Of a stretch of 64,000 nt of DNA, positions 43,721 to 53,510 are shown one piece after another. How positions within the stretch are numbered: the stretch's first letter is position 1; every line of letters starts with the position of its first letter. The DNA lies in the NCBI GenBank assembly GCA_964387845.1, contig CAYLXA010000006.1, positions 96,001 through 160,000 on the forward strand, given 5' to 3'. A program made the position numbers and the translations under genes. The notes under the pieces are model-generated. The model ran no database searches. It was not told where the DNA came from and worked only from the letters and a program-made list of their open reading frames with translations. This DNA is from an uncultured bacterium. GTDB lineage: Bacteria; Omnitrophota; Omnitrophia; Omnitrophales; Abzuiibacteriaceae.

Positions 43721-44439
43721 ACCTCTATTCCGGAAAAAATTTCTCAGCACCTTCTGTGCTGATTTCGCTGTGTGTGCACGCCGGTATTTTACTCATCGGC
43801 CATGCGGCAGTAGCGTATTCGTGGGTGATTCCGATTCAGACGGAACAGAGCATCCTGCTTGAGTTAAATTCGTCGGCATCCCATCCAAAATCGTCCGCAC
43901 AGAAAGCGGCGCTGCCCAAGACCGAAGAGAAGCCGCAGAATCCTGCGCCGGAAAAGGAAAAATTAGCGGATGCGGCGCCAAAAAATTCAGGTTGGGACAA
44001 CCGCGAATTTCAAGACCGGCAAGCCAGGATGGATCAAAAAATTGAACTAATCCGTGAACAAATTAGAAAAATCAAAGAAGGCCAATCCACAGGCGCCGAA
44101 TTGAAAGGCTTCGAGCTGATTTCGGCAGGCCTTGATAGCGAATCGTGGCGGTCTTATTTGGCAAAGCTTCGGCGGCAAGTTCTTGAAAAATGGTATCCGA
44201 TGATTCTTTCACGAGAAAGCCAATTAAAAACCAGCGAAGCGCGGCTTGATTTCTATATCGGGACGGATGGGCGAGTGGTGGCTTATGAAATTGCAGATTT
44301 AAAAGGCGTGCCTGTTTTTGGTGAAATTTGTTTGGAAGCTTTCCGGCGTGCTATTGGGACCGAAGCAAGCCTTGCGAGACAAGCGGTGAAGCCCGTCGGC
44401 AATTTCCTAAAGGTGTCGCTCTTTTTTTATTACCAATAG
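43717..44439 (+). CDS. TonB-family C-terminal-domain protein (N-terminal TM anchor, Pro/Lys-rich linker, TonB-C-like domain)
   Basis: VLISLCVHAGILLIGHAAV anchor. PKSSAQKAALPKTEEKPQNPAPEKEK linker. C-terminal WYPMIL...DFYIGTDGRVVAYEIADLKGVPVFGEICLEAFRRA resembles the TonB-C fold signature. Confidence 0.5.
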   Translation: MNLYSGKNFSAPSVLISLCVHAGILLIGHAAVAYSWVIPIQTEQSILLELNSSASHPKSSAQKAALPKTEEKPQNPAPEKEKLADAAPKNSGWDNREFQDRQARMDQKIELIREQIRKIKEGQSTGAELKGFELISAGLDSESWRSYLAKLRRQVLEKWYPMILSRESQLKTSEARLDFYIGTDGRVVAYEIADLKGVPVFGEICLEAFRRAIGTEASLARQAVKPVGNFLKVSLFFYYQ

Positions 44440-44545
44440 AACCAGGCTCTGCCCAAGTCAAGTATTGAAGCTTTTTTTCCGAAATATGAAGCACTGCTCT
44501 TGGGTTATTTTAAAGAGTAAATTTTTCGGGTCTGGGTGATGATTT

Positions 44546-46036
44546 ATGAAATTGTTGGGTGAGTTTTTGCAGGATATCCGGTATCAATGGAATGGCCGGG
44601 GATCTTTATTTGTTCCGGTTCATCGCGTGGTATCGGATTCGCGCATTGTTCAGAAGGGTGATATTTTCGTTGCGTTGAAAGGGCCGCTTGCGGACGGCCA
44701 TGATTTTATACCGCATGCGGCAAGCCGTGGCGCAGCGGCCATTATTGCGGAAACCAAGCTGAATCCGTCAACCAATCTCCAAGACACCGCTTTTCTCCAA
44801 GTCGAAGACAGCCATTTTGCATTCAGCCGTTTACTGACAAGATTGCACGGCCTGGAGGCACGGCCCATTCAATTAATCGGCGTTACAGGCACCAACGGCA
44901 AGACAACGATTACTTACTTGATCCGATTTTTGCTGAACCAGCTTTCGGCTTGCGGCCTAATCGGAACCGTGCGCTACGAGTGGGCGAATAAATCCATCGA
45001 GTCTAAAAACACAACACCGGGCCTCGGGCAGCTCATTCCGCTTCTTTCCGACATGGTCCAAGACGGCATGAAATATTGTGTGGCTGAAATTTCAAGCCAC
45101 GGGCTTGATCAAAACCGCCTTGCCGGGCTTGATTTCACGGCTGCTGTTTTTACGAACCTGACGCAAGACCACCTGGATTATCACCGCACGCTTGAAAATT
45201 ATTATTTGGCAAAACGCAAACTTTTTGTATCTAAGCCGGCGCCGAAATTTTCGGCGGTTAATTTAGACGATGAGTACGGCCGGAGACTGTTGTCGGAGTT
45301 GGGCAAACGTGCCGTTAGTTTTGGTTTTGACGCGGGCGCTACTTACCGTGCTCAAAATGAAAAAGTAACGCTCGAAGGTTCCGAGTTTGATCTCATTTAC
45401 CGGGGGGGAACCCACCGCGTTAAAACCAATTTACCGCTCCGGCATAATATTTATAATGTCTTAGCGGCGCTCAGCATTCTTTCAGAACTTGATTTTGCTC
45501 TGGAGCAATTAATCCCGCTGCTTCCCAAGTTTCCGGGCGTGCCTGGGCGCATGGAGCGTGCAGATGCGAAGGGCGGCGCGCTTGTGTTTGTGGATTACGC
45601 GCACACGCCGGACGCTGTTTTTAATGTGCTGTCATCGGCGCGGCCGCTTGTAGGCGGAAAAATCATCACCGTCTTGGGCTGCGGCGGCAATCGCGATAAA
45701 GGCAAGCGCCCTTTGATGGGCCGTATCGCCGGTGAAGGATCTGACATTGCAATCGTGACGAGTGATAATCCAAGAAATGAAGAGCCGCAATCGATTCTGG
45801 ACGCCATTCGGCCGGGGATAGCGGAAGGCAGGCAAGCCGAATTTATTTTAGACCGCAAAAAAGCGATTGAGCGCGCCATTGAATTGGCGGGCCCCAAAGA
45901 TGTGGTGCTCATTCTCGGAAAAGGACATGAAAAGTATCAAATCGTCGGCGATCAAACGCTTCCGTTTGATGACGTTGAGGTTGCGCAAGAATGTTTAAGA
46001 AAAAAGGCGGGTAAATCACATGCTGTCCATTCCTGA
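44546..46036 (+). CDS. murE: UDP-N-acetylmuramoyl-L-alanyl-D-glutamate--2,6-diaminopimelate ligase
   Basis: 496 aa. Mur ligase motifs (GVTGTNGKTT, DNPR...E). First gene of the dcw-type cluster. Confidence 0.92.
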   Translation: MKLLGEFLQDIRYQWNGRGSLFVPVHRVVSDSRIVQKGDIFVALKGPLADGHDFIPHAASRGAAAIIAETKLNPSTNLQDTAFLQVEDSHFAFSRLLTRLHGLEARPIQLIGVTGTNGKTTITYLIRFLLNQLSACGLIGTVRYEWANKSIESKNTTPGLGQLIPLLSDMVQDGMKYCVAEISSHGLDQNRLAGLDFTAAVFTNLTQDHLDYHRTLENYYLAKRKLFVSKPAPKFSAVNLDDEYGRRLLSELGKRAVSFGFDAGATYRAQNEKVTLEGSEFDLIYRGGTHRVKTNLPLRHNIYNVLAALSILSELDFALEQLIPLLPKFPGVPGRMERADAKGGALVFVDYAHTPDAVFNVLSSARPLVGGKIITVLGCGGNRDKGKRPLMGRIAGEGSDIAIVTSDNPRNEEPQSILDAIRPGIAEGRQAEFILDRKKAIERAIELAGPKDVVLILGKGHEKYQIVGDQTLPFDDVEVAQECLRKKAGKSHAVHS

Positions 46037-47432
46037 AATCGCCGGCGCGTGCCGCGGAAAAATCATTGGTCTGCAAACCAGTGTCCTGTCGGGCATTTCT
46101 ACGGATACAAGGAATATTAAGCCGGGTTCGGTTTTTTATGCGTTGCGCGGAAAGAATTTTAACGGCCATCAATTTTTACAAGACGCTTTCCGGAAGGGTG
46201 CCGCTGTCGCCGTCGTTGATGACCAATTTGCCAGAGCGTCATCCGAAGCCTTGTCGCAGCTCGGCGCTTCCAACACGCTTATTGTTGTTCCGGATGTTTA
46301 TCGAGCGCTTTTAGATTCTGCGTGTGCTTACCGCCAAAAATTCAAGATTCCCGTCGTAGGTATCACCGGAAGCGCCGGAAAAACGACGACAAAGGAATGT
46401 GTTCGCGCCATTTTAGGCTTGCGTTACCAAACACTTTCCAACATTGGTAATTTCAATAATCACATTGGCCTCCCGCTCAGTATTTTCGAAATGAATCAAG
46501 CAACGCAGGCCGCTGTCTTCGAGCTTGGCGCCAATAAATCCGGCGATATTCGCGAACTTTGTGAAACAGCCCGGCCAACCGTTGGTGTTTTGACCTGTGT
46601 TCAGCCCGTTCATTTGGAGGGATTCGGCTCTCTCGACAATATTTACAAAACCAAGCTTGAGCTTGCCGGATGGATCGCATCTCAAAAAGGTGTCATGATT
46701 ATTTATGGTGACGACCCCGAGCTTTTGAAAAGAGCGAAAAAAATTTCTTCTAAACTAAAAACATTCGGCCGGGGGAAAGGTTGTGATTACCGCGTTTCAA
46801 ACGAGCGGCAAGACGGTGAGCGGATTCGTTTTACAATCAATGAAAAATTCGACTTTTCCGTGAAAGCCATGGGCCTTTTCAACGTGCTGAATTTTGCAGC
46901 CGGCATCGCGGCGGCGGCCGAATTGAAATTAGATTTGAATGATCTTGCCCGGGATTGGCACGACTTTCAGCCGGCAGCCAATCGGTTTGAAATCGAACGT
47001 ATGGAAAATCCCAAGGTTGTGTTTGTCAAAGATTTTTATAATTCCAACCCGGTTTCATTTCAGATTGCTTTGCAAGCATTTGAAGCGCTTCCATCCGAAG
47101 GCAGGAAGATCATTGTGGCGGGTGATATGCTCGAGCTTGGTCCGGATGCAGCGAAATATCATGGGGAGTTGGGAGAGCAAGCCGGCAAAAGCCGCGCGAA
47201 CGCTTTCATTTATATCGGAAAATACGCAGAGCCCGCCGCAGCCGCAGCGCGGAAGCTCAACCATCAGATTCAGATTGCGACATTTTCCGACAATCAACAT
47301 GCAGCCGATTATTTATCCGGATTTTTACGTGACCGCGACTGTGTGTTTATGAAAGCTTCGCGCGGCATGAAGTTTGAAGAAATTTTGAATGCACTTAAAA
47401 ATGTTCCGGATTTATCGTTAACACATCCGTAA
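46020..47432 (+). CDS. murF: UDP-N-acetylmuramoyl-tripeptide--D-alanyl-D-alanine ligase
   Basis: 470 aa. GITGSAGKTTTKE P-loop and Mur ligase C-domain. Overlaps murE by 17 nt. Confidence 0.92.
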   Translation: MLSIPEIAGACRGKIIGLQTSVLSGISTDTRNIKPGSVFYALRGKNFNGHQFLQDAFRKGAAVAVVDDQFARASSEALSQLGASNTLIVVPDVYRALLDSACAYRQKFKIPVVGITGSAGKTTTKECVRAILGLRYQTLSNIGNFNNHIGLPLSIFEMNQATQAAVFELGANKSGDIRELCETARPTVGVLTCVQPVHLEGFGSLDNIYKTKLELAGWIASQKGVMIIYGDDPELLKRAKKISSKLKTFGRGKGCDYRVSNERQDGERIRFTINEKFDFSVKAMGLFNVLNFAAGIAAAAELKLDLNDLARDWHDFQPAANRFEIERMENPKVVFVKDFYNSNPVSFQIALQAFEALPSEGRKIIVAGDMLELGPDAAKYHGELGEQAGKSRANAFIYIGKYAEPAAAAARKLNHQIQIATFSDNQHAADYLSGFLRDRDCVFMKASRGMKFEEILNALKNVPDLSLTHP

Positions 47433-47445
47433 GGAAAGGGGAAAC

Positions 47446-48534
47446 GTGTTTTATTATTTTCTTTATCCGCTGAGTGATCATTCAATTTTGTTTAACGTTT
47501 TTAAATACATCACATTCCGCTCGGTCGGGGCGAGCGTGACCGCCTTTTTGTTCTGCATTTTTATGGCACCGGCCGTTATTGATTGGCTGAGCCGTTTGTG
47601 CGTGGTCAATTCCACAAAGCGCGAACATGCGCAATCGATTCATAAATTCTATGAGCATAAAGGCAAAGTGCCGACAATGGGCGGCGTTCTGATCGTCGGC
47701 AGCATTCTTCTTTCGTGCCTTTTGTGGGGCAATTTCGGAAACGCGTTTTTTAATTTATCGCTGATTGTCTTGATTTTGTTTGCCGCTGTCGGTTTTTTGG
47801 ATGATTACATTAAATTGAAATCTAAAAGCTCAAGAGGCCTAAGCGCGCGCGTCAAATTGGCGGGACAATTGGGCGCTGGTTTACTGCTCGCAGTTTATCT
47901 TTTTTGGGATCCTGCAGTGGATACTAAATTATTTATTCCGTTTTTCAAGACTGCCACCGTGATGCTGGGCTGGCTTTATATTCCGTTTGTGGTGCTCGTG
48001 CTGGTCGGTACATCCAACGCCCTTAATTTAACCGATGGGCTTGACGGGCTTGCGATCGGCTGCTTCACCATCGCAGCTGGTGTTTTTGGGCTTATTTGCT
48101 ATATCGTGGGCCGTATCGACTATGCCACTTATTTAGAAGTCCGCTATATTGCCCAAGCAGCGGAACTGTCCATATTTTGCGCGGCCCTTGTCGGCGCGGC
48201 CCTTGGTTTTCTTTGGTATAATTCCTATCCTGCGAGTATCATGATGGGCGACACAGGCTCTCTTGCACTTGGCGGCGCGTTGGGCACGATTGCCATTTTA
48301 GTCAAAAAGGAAGCTATTTTAATCGTCGTCGGCGGCGTTTTTGTGTGGGAAGCGCTTTCTGTTATTTTGCAGGTGTTTTGCTATAAAAATTTTAAAAAGC
48401 GGATATTTTTAATGTCGCCCTTTCATCATCACCTACAACTGAAAGGCTGGCCCGAATCCAAAGTGACGATCCGGCTGTGGATTGTCGCGTTTATTTTGGC
48501 GCTTCTCGGACTCAGCATGCTGAAATTGAGATGA
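47446..48534 (+). CDS. mraY: phospho-N-acetylmuramoyl-pentapeptide transferase
   Basis: 362 aa polytopic protein. NLTDGLDGLA and MGDTGSLALG MraY motifs. Confidence 0.93.
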   Translation: MFYYFLYPLSDHSILFNVFKYITFRSVGASVTAFLFCIFMAPAVIDWLSRLCVVNSTKREHAQSIHKFYEHKGKVPTMGGVLIVGSILLSCLLWGNFGNAFFNLSLIVLILFAAVGFLDDYIKLKSKSSRGLSARVKLAGQLGAGLLLAVYLFWDPAVDTKLFIPFFKTATVMLGWLYIPFVVLVLVGTSNALNLTDGLDGLAIGCFTIAAGVFGLICYIVGRIDYATYLEVRYIAQAAELSIFCAALVGAALGFLWYNSYPASIMMGDTGSLALGGALGTIAILVKKEAILIVVGGVFVWEALSVILQVFCYKNFKKRIFLMSPFHHHLQLKGWPESKVTIRLWIVAFILALLGLSMLKLR

Positions 48535-49829
48535 GCTCAACTCAAGAAGCGAAAACCGGTTCTGAAACGGCCAACACCGCTGTGAAGTTGGTCGGCGAGT
48601 CTGTTTCTGTCCTTGGGCTTGGAAAAAGCGGATTTGAAAGCGCGAAGTTTCTTGCCAAGCGCGGCGTTCAAGTGTTTGCCAGCGAATCCAAATTCTCGCC
48701 GGAATTACTCAAGCGCAAAGAAGAGCTCGAACAGCTTGGTGTCCGCGTTGAAATCGGAAAACATTCCATCCGATCGATCGCGCGGGCCGATCGTGTCATT
48801 ATTTCTCCCGGGATCCCGCCGTCTGCGCCGGTCTATGAATCGCTTCGGAAAAAGAAAATCCCGATTTGGAGCGAAATCGAACTGGCATATCAATTTTGCC
48901 CGGCACCCATTATTGCCGTGACCGGGACGAACGGAAAAACGACCGTCACATCATTAATTGCGCGAATTTTATGCGCCAATCAGTTTCATGCGATTTCCTG
49001 CGGCAACATTGGCAACCCGCTGATCGGTGAAATCGAAAATTTAACGGATCAATCCATTGCTGTCACTGAGGTTAGTTCGTTTCAACTCCAAAACATTGAT
49101 CAATTTCGTCCCTATATCGGTATCGTGCTTAATCTCACCGTTAATCACCTAGACTGGCACGCCAATTTTGCAGAATACGCGGCAGCCAAATGGAACTTGT
49201 TTAAAAATCAAAGGCCGCACGATTATGCGTTTTTAAATGCCGACGATATTGAAAGCATGCACCGCGCGGATTTGATTCAATCGCAAAAAGTTTATTTCAA
49301 CGGCGGCGAGCACGAAAACCCGAATTTTGCGGCGTGCCTTGCAGTGGCGAATTTGTACCGGCTGGATGATCACAAAACGCGAAAAATCATCGATGAATTT
49401 CCCGGCATTGAGCATAGGCTCGAAAAAGTGCCGTCCCGGGATGGTTTTCGGTACTTTAATGATTCGAAATCAACGACAATCGCATCGCTCGGTTGGGCGC
49501 TTGACCGGATGAAAGACAAAGCCGTATTAATCATGGGCGGTAAGCATAAAGGCGGTGATTTTTCGGTCTTACGCGATAAAATAAAATCAAAAGTTCGTTT
49601 TTTGGTTTTAATCGGAGAGGCCGCGCCGGTTTTGGAGAAAGCCTTTGGAAGAATTGTTAAAACCATGACGGCGCCCAATTTGGAACAAGCGGTCCGGCAG
49701 GCGCGTGCGGCGGCTTGCGCAAGTGACGCCATTTTATTTTCGCCGGCGTGTGCAAGTTTTGATATGTTCGAAAATTACGAAGACCGGGGCCGGAAGTTTA
49801 AAGCCATTGTTCAAAGCTTTCAGAAATAA
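48531..49829 (+). CDS. murD: UDP-N-acetylmuramoylalanine--D-glutamate ligase
   Basis: Start taken at ATG 48531 (ATGA overlap with the mraY stop; MSSTQEAKTG...VSVLGLGKSG) rather than the upstream in-frame extension at 48477. GTNGKTT P-loop. Confidence 0.9.
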   Translation: MSSTQEAKTGSETANTAVKLVGESVSVLGLGKSGFESAKFLAKRGVQVFASESKFSPELLKRKEELEQLGVRVEIGKHSIRSIARADRVIISPGIPPSAPVYESLRKKKIPIWSEIELAYQFCPAPIIAVTGTNGKTTVTSLIARILCANQFHAISCGNIGNPLIGEIENLTDQSIAVTEVSSFQLQNIDQFRPYIGIVLNLTVNHLDWHANFAEYAAAKWNLFKNQRPHDYAFLNADDIESMHRADLIQSQKVYFNGGEHENPNFAACLAVANLYRLDDHKTRKIIDEFPGIEHRLEKVPSRDGFRYFNDSKSTTIASLGWALDRMKDKAVLIMGGKHKGGDFSVLRDKIKSKVRFLVLIGEAAPVLEKAFGRIVKTMTAPNLEQAVRQARAAACASDAILFSPACASFDMFENYEDRGRKFKAIVQSFQK

Positions 49830-49869
49830 AACCGGCCAACATTAATCTTCATGATTATTTGAGATCCTC

Positions 49870-50979
49870 ATGTCACAAGAATCCAGAAGCATTTTTATTG
49901 TGATGCTTCTTTTAATTGCCGTCGGCGTGATCATGATCTACAGCGCTAGCGCGGTGTTTGCGGACCAATTGTTCGGAAGTTCCACTTATTTCCTGCGCCG
50001 TCAGCTTTTTTATTTAATTTTGGGCCTTCTGGCGTTCGGTGTTAGTTACTATGCAAACCCCGAATTTTTAAGAAGTCACGCAAAGGGGCTCATGATTTTC
50101 GCTTTTTTCATACTGCTCCTCGTTTTTATTCCCGGGCTCGGCCATTCGGCGGGCGGTGCGCGGCGCTGGATCGGTTTCTCGTTTTTTACATTCCAACCTG
50201 TTGAATATGCGAAACTGGCGGTTTGTTTGTATCTATCGGACTACCTCACCCGAAAAATGAAATTGATGGTAACGGGGGACCATATGGTTTTAGTTCCGCC
50301 TATCGCAATACTGCTTTTTATGCTCTCACTTTTAATCGCGCAGCCTGATCTTGGTTCAACTATTTTTGTTTTAATGATCGCAGGCATTTTGTTCATTTTG
50401 GCCGGCATCCGGCTGAGATATATTGCCATGGCAGTGGTTCCGGTCGTTTTTGCCATCGTTATTTTGATCATCAAGGCGCCGTACCGGATGAACCGCATCG
50501 CGGCTTTCTTGGATCCCTGGAAGGACCCGCGCGGCACGGGATTTCAAATTATTCAATCGTTTCTTGCGTTTTCATCCGGGGGCGTGAAGGGTGTAGGGCT
50601 CGGCCAAAGCACCCAAAAATTATTTTATTTGCCGCAAAGCTACACCGATTTTATCTTTTCAATTATTGCCGAAGAGCTTGGTCTTATCGGCGCGTTGTTT
50701 GTGGTTTCGCTCTACGGTTGTTTTTTTGTGATGGGCGTCCGGATTGCCAACAAAACACACGACCCGTTTTACCGCCTCTTTGCTTATTCACTGGTGCTGA
50801 TTATTACACTGCAGGCTTTGATCAATATTCTGGTGACAACCGGGCTTGTGCCGACCAAAGGGCTTCCGCTTCCGTTCGTCAGTTACGGCGGTACTTCACT
50901 TATTTTTAATATGATCGCAGTCGGTCTTCTGCTGGCGATTGACCGTCATATTGTTTATAGATCTCCCGCTTATCGTTAA
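49870..50979 (+). CDS. ftsW: peptidoglycan glycosyltransferase FtsW (SEDS family)
   Basis: 369 aa with about 10 TM helices. Conserved FtsW/RodA motifs (PDLGS, SGGVKGVGLGQS, TDFIFS). Confidence 0.9.
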   Translation: MSQESRSIFIVMLLLIAVGVIMIYSASAVFADQLFGSSTYFLRRQLFYLILGLLAFGVSYYANPEFLRSHAKGLMIFAFFILLLVFIPGLGHSAGGARRWIGFSFFTFQPVEYAKLAVCLYLSDYLTRKMKLMVTGDHMVLVPPIAILLFMLSLLIAQPDLGSTIFVLMIAGILFILAGIRLRYIAMAVVPVVFAIVILIIKAPYRMNRIAAFLDPWKDPRGTGFQIIQSFLAFSSGGVKGVGLGQSTQKLFYLPQSYTDFIFSIIAEELGLIGALFVVSLYGCFFVMGVRIANKTHDPFYRLFAYSLVLIITLQALINILVTTGLVPTKGLPLPFVSYGGTSLIFNMIAVGLLLAIDRHIVYRSPAYR

Positions 50980-50983
50980 CGCT

Positions 50984-52072
50984 ATGAGAGAGGCGCCAAA
51001 ACATTCGATAGTGATTACAACCGGAATGACGGGAGGGCATTTTTTCCCGGCTTTGAGTTTTGCGGAAAGTTTTGCAGCCGCACATCCTGATTTTGAAGTT
51101 CATTTTCTGCTTCCGCGCGAGAATAAACGATTTGATCTGGCACGCGTGAATCCTAAAATTTCCTTTCACCCGATTCCAGTCGAGCCTTTTCCGCGCGCTT
51201 TTAGTTTAAAGCTCATGTCTTTTTTGATACACTATCTGCGTTCTTTGAGAGCTACTTTTCAATTTTTTTCCCGCAGAAAACCGGCGGTAATTGTAAGTTT
51301 CGGGAGTTACGGCTCATTTCCAGGTGTTTTATGTGCTTGGGTTCTTGGAATTCCCGTAGTCTTGCATGAACAAAACCGGATTGCGGGCTGGGCAAATCGT
51401 TTGGCGTCTTTTTTAGCAACGTATGTGGCGGTATCGTTTTCTGATACGAGCGGGATCGTGTTGAAAGGCAAAATCAAAAAAGTCGGATATCCGCTTAGAA
51501 AAGAAATTTTGGAAGCGGCTCATAGAAAACAGAGCGAGGCAGCAAACAGCCGGCCGGCGAATATTCTCGTTTTGGGAGGTTCACAGGGTGCCTCAGCCAT
51601 CAATGAGGCTGTTTTAGAGCTCTTCGATAAATTATCTGTTGAGGAAAAACAAAAATTAGCCGTAATACATATCACCGGCGAGGCGCAGCATTCCGAGGTT
51701 TTGAAGCGCTATCAAGCGAACGGCGTGAAACATCAAGTGTTCGCGTTTTCGGATGAAATGCATCGCTGGTACGAGCAGGCGGATCTTGTGATTGCGCGTG
51801 CCGGCGCAGGAACGGTCTTTGAGTTGATCGAATTTAATTTGCCGTCGGTTTTGATTCCGTATCCGTTTGCACATTCGCATCAATTCAAAAATGCGCAATA
51901 TTTGGAAGAAAAACGGATGGCTATGATTATCGAACAAACGGAATTAACAGCGACGCGGCTTCACAGTGCAATTTTTGAAATGTTGAAGCGTTTTGATCAA
52001 AAGGACAAGTCGCCGCGCGTGATGCAAAATCCGAATCAAAATTTTATTCAGTTGGTTGATCAATTGATTTAA
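50984..52072 (+). CDS. murG: undecaprenyldiphospho-muramoylpentapeptide beta-N-acetylglucosaminyltransferase
   Basis: Start taken at ATG 50984, just after the ftsW stop (MREAPKHSIVITTGMTGGHFFPALS...). GT28 N- and C-domains (GGSQGA). Confidence 0.9.
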   Translation: MREAPKHSIVITTGMTGGHFFPALSFAESFAAAHPDFEVHFLLPRENKRFDLARVNPKISFHPIPVEPFPRAFSLKLMSFLIHYLRSLRATFQFFSRRKPAVIVSFGSYGSFPGVLCAWVLGIPVVLHEQNRIAGWANRLASFLATYVAVSFSDTSGIVLKGKIKKVGYPLRKEILEAAHRKQSEAANSRPANILVLGGSQGASAINEAVLELFDKLSVEEKQKLAVIHITGEAQHSEVLKRYQANGVKHQVFAFSDEMHRWYEQADLVIARAGAGTVFELIEFNLPSVLIPYPFAHSHQFKNAQYLEEKRMAMIIEQTELTATRLHSAIFEMLKRFDQKDKSPRVMQNPNQNFIQLVDQLI

Positions 52073-52097
52073 GAGCAGTCAACCATGAGGGCGTCCT

Positions 52098-53510
52098 ATG
52101 ACACAGTTACAGCAGGCGGTTAAGGACATTCAAAGTCTTTTACAGCCCGGAAAACGGGCTCATTTAATCGGTGTGGGCGGCGTCGGCATGAGTGCGCTTG
52201 CCAAGGTTTTGAAGCATATGGGCCTTGCCGTCAGCGGATCCGATATGAAAGCAGGCCGCGTCGCTTCCGAGCTCACTTCCGGCGGCATTCAGATTTTCAA
52301 CGGGCATGATAGCCACAACGTTTCCAATTGCGATTTCATTATTTATTCTTCCGCCATCCGTGTTGACAATCCCGAAAGGCGCCAGGCGCTGATTAGCGGT
52401 ATTCCGTCTTTTCATCGCGCAGAAGTTTTGTCGAATATCATGAACCGGGGTATTTCAATCGGCGTTACAGGCACGCACGGTAAAACAACCACATCGGCCC
52501 TCATTAGCTTTTTGCTTCAAGCTGCAGGTTTACGCCCGACTTGTTTGGTGGGTGGTAATATTTTAAATTTCGGATCCAACACGCTGCTTGGCGATCCCAA
52601 TCTTTTTGTCGCAGAAGTGGACGAGAGCGATAAAAGCCATTTGAATTTTAAGCCTGATTTTGCGGTTTTGACCAATCTCGAAGAAGACCACATGGATGTC
52701 TATCAGGATTTTGCGAATCTGCAGCTCGCATTTTCCCAGTTTGTCGAAAACATTCAGCACTCGGGACATGTGATCTTTTCGGCGCACGATTCAAACCTAA
52801 AGGAGATTACGCGCATTACAACCCGCAAAACGGATTACGGATTGTCGCGCAATTACGGTTTTGGAGCAGAAGAAGTTGTGTTGGAGGGCTTTCAGTCGCG
52901 CTTCCGGCTTTACGAAAAAGGTGAATTTATTTCAACGGTTTCGCTAACCGTGCCGGGCATGCACAACGTGCTGAATGCGCTTGGCGCAATCGCGACGCTC
53001 AGAACCTTTGGAATTCCGTTCAGAAGTTTCGAAGCAGCGCTCCCCAAATTTCGCGGTGCCGGACGTCGGCTCGAGGTGAAGCTTGAGCATCGCGGCTGGA
53101 CCGTTATTGATGATTACGCGCATCATCCCACGGAAGTGATTGCGTCATTGAAAGCAATTCGGACATTGGGCAAACCGACGACGGTGGTGTTTCAGCCGCA
53201 CCGGTATTCGCGCATGCAGTATCTCGGAGAGTCGTTTTCTAAAGCATTTCATCATGCAGATTGCCTCATTTTAACGGATATTTACAGTGCAAATGAAGAG
53301 AATGCAAAAGGAATTGATGTGAGCGACTTGTATGAAATGGTAAAAAGTGCCGGGCATCCGAATGTTCGCATGGTAGCCCGCGATCAATTAATCGATCATT
53401 TGCTCCAGGACTCCGCAGGCGAAGGCGTGGTTGCCTTTCTCGGAGCCGGAGATATCGGAGAGGTGGCCTGTGAATTTGCCGAACGGCTTCGTGGTTCCGA
53501 TCCAGAATAA
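52098..53510 (+). CDS. murC: UDP-N-acetylmuramate--L-alanine ligase
   Basis: 470 aa. GVGGVGMSALA and GVTGTHGKTTTS motifs. Confidence 0.92.
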   Translation: MTQLQQAVKDIQSLLQPGKRAHLIGVGGVGMSALAKVLKHMGLAVSGSDMKAGRVASELTSGGIQIFNGHDSHNVSNCDFIIYSSAIRVDNPERRQALISGIPSFHRAEVLSNIMNRGISIGVTGTHGKTTTSALISFLLQAAGLRPTCLVGGNILNFGSNTLLGDPNLFVAEVDESDKSHLNFKPDFAVLTNLEEDHMDVYQDFANLQLAFSQFVENIQHSGHVIFSAHDSNLKEITRITTRKTDYGLSRNYGFGAEEVVLEGFQSRFRLYEKGEFISTVSLTVPGMHNVLNALGAIATLRTFGIPFRSFEAALPKFRGAGRRLEVKLEHRGWTVIDDYAHHPTEVIASLKAIRTLGKPTTVVFQPHRYSRMQYLGESFSKAFHHADCLILTDIYSANEENAKGIDVSDLYEMVKSAGHPNVRMVARDQLIDHLLQDSAGEGVVAFLGAGDIGEVACEFAERLRGSDPE

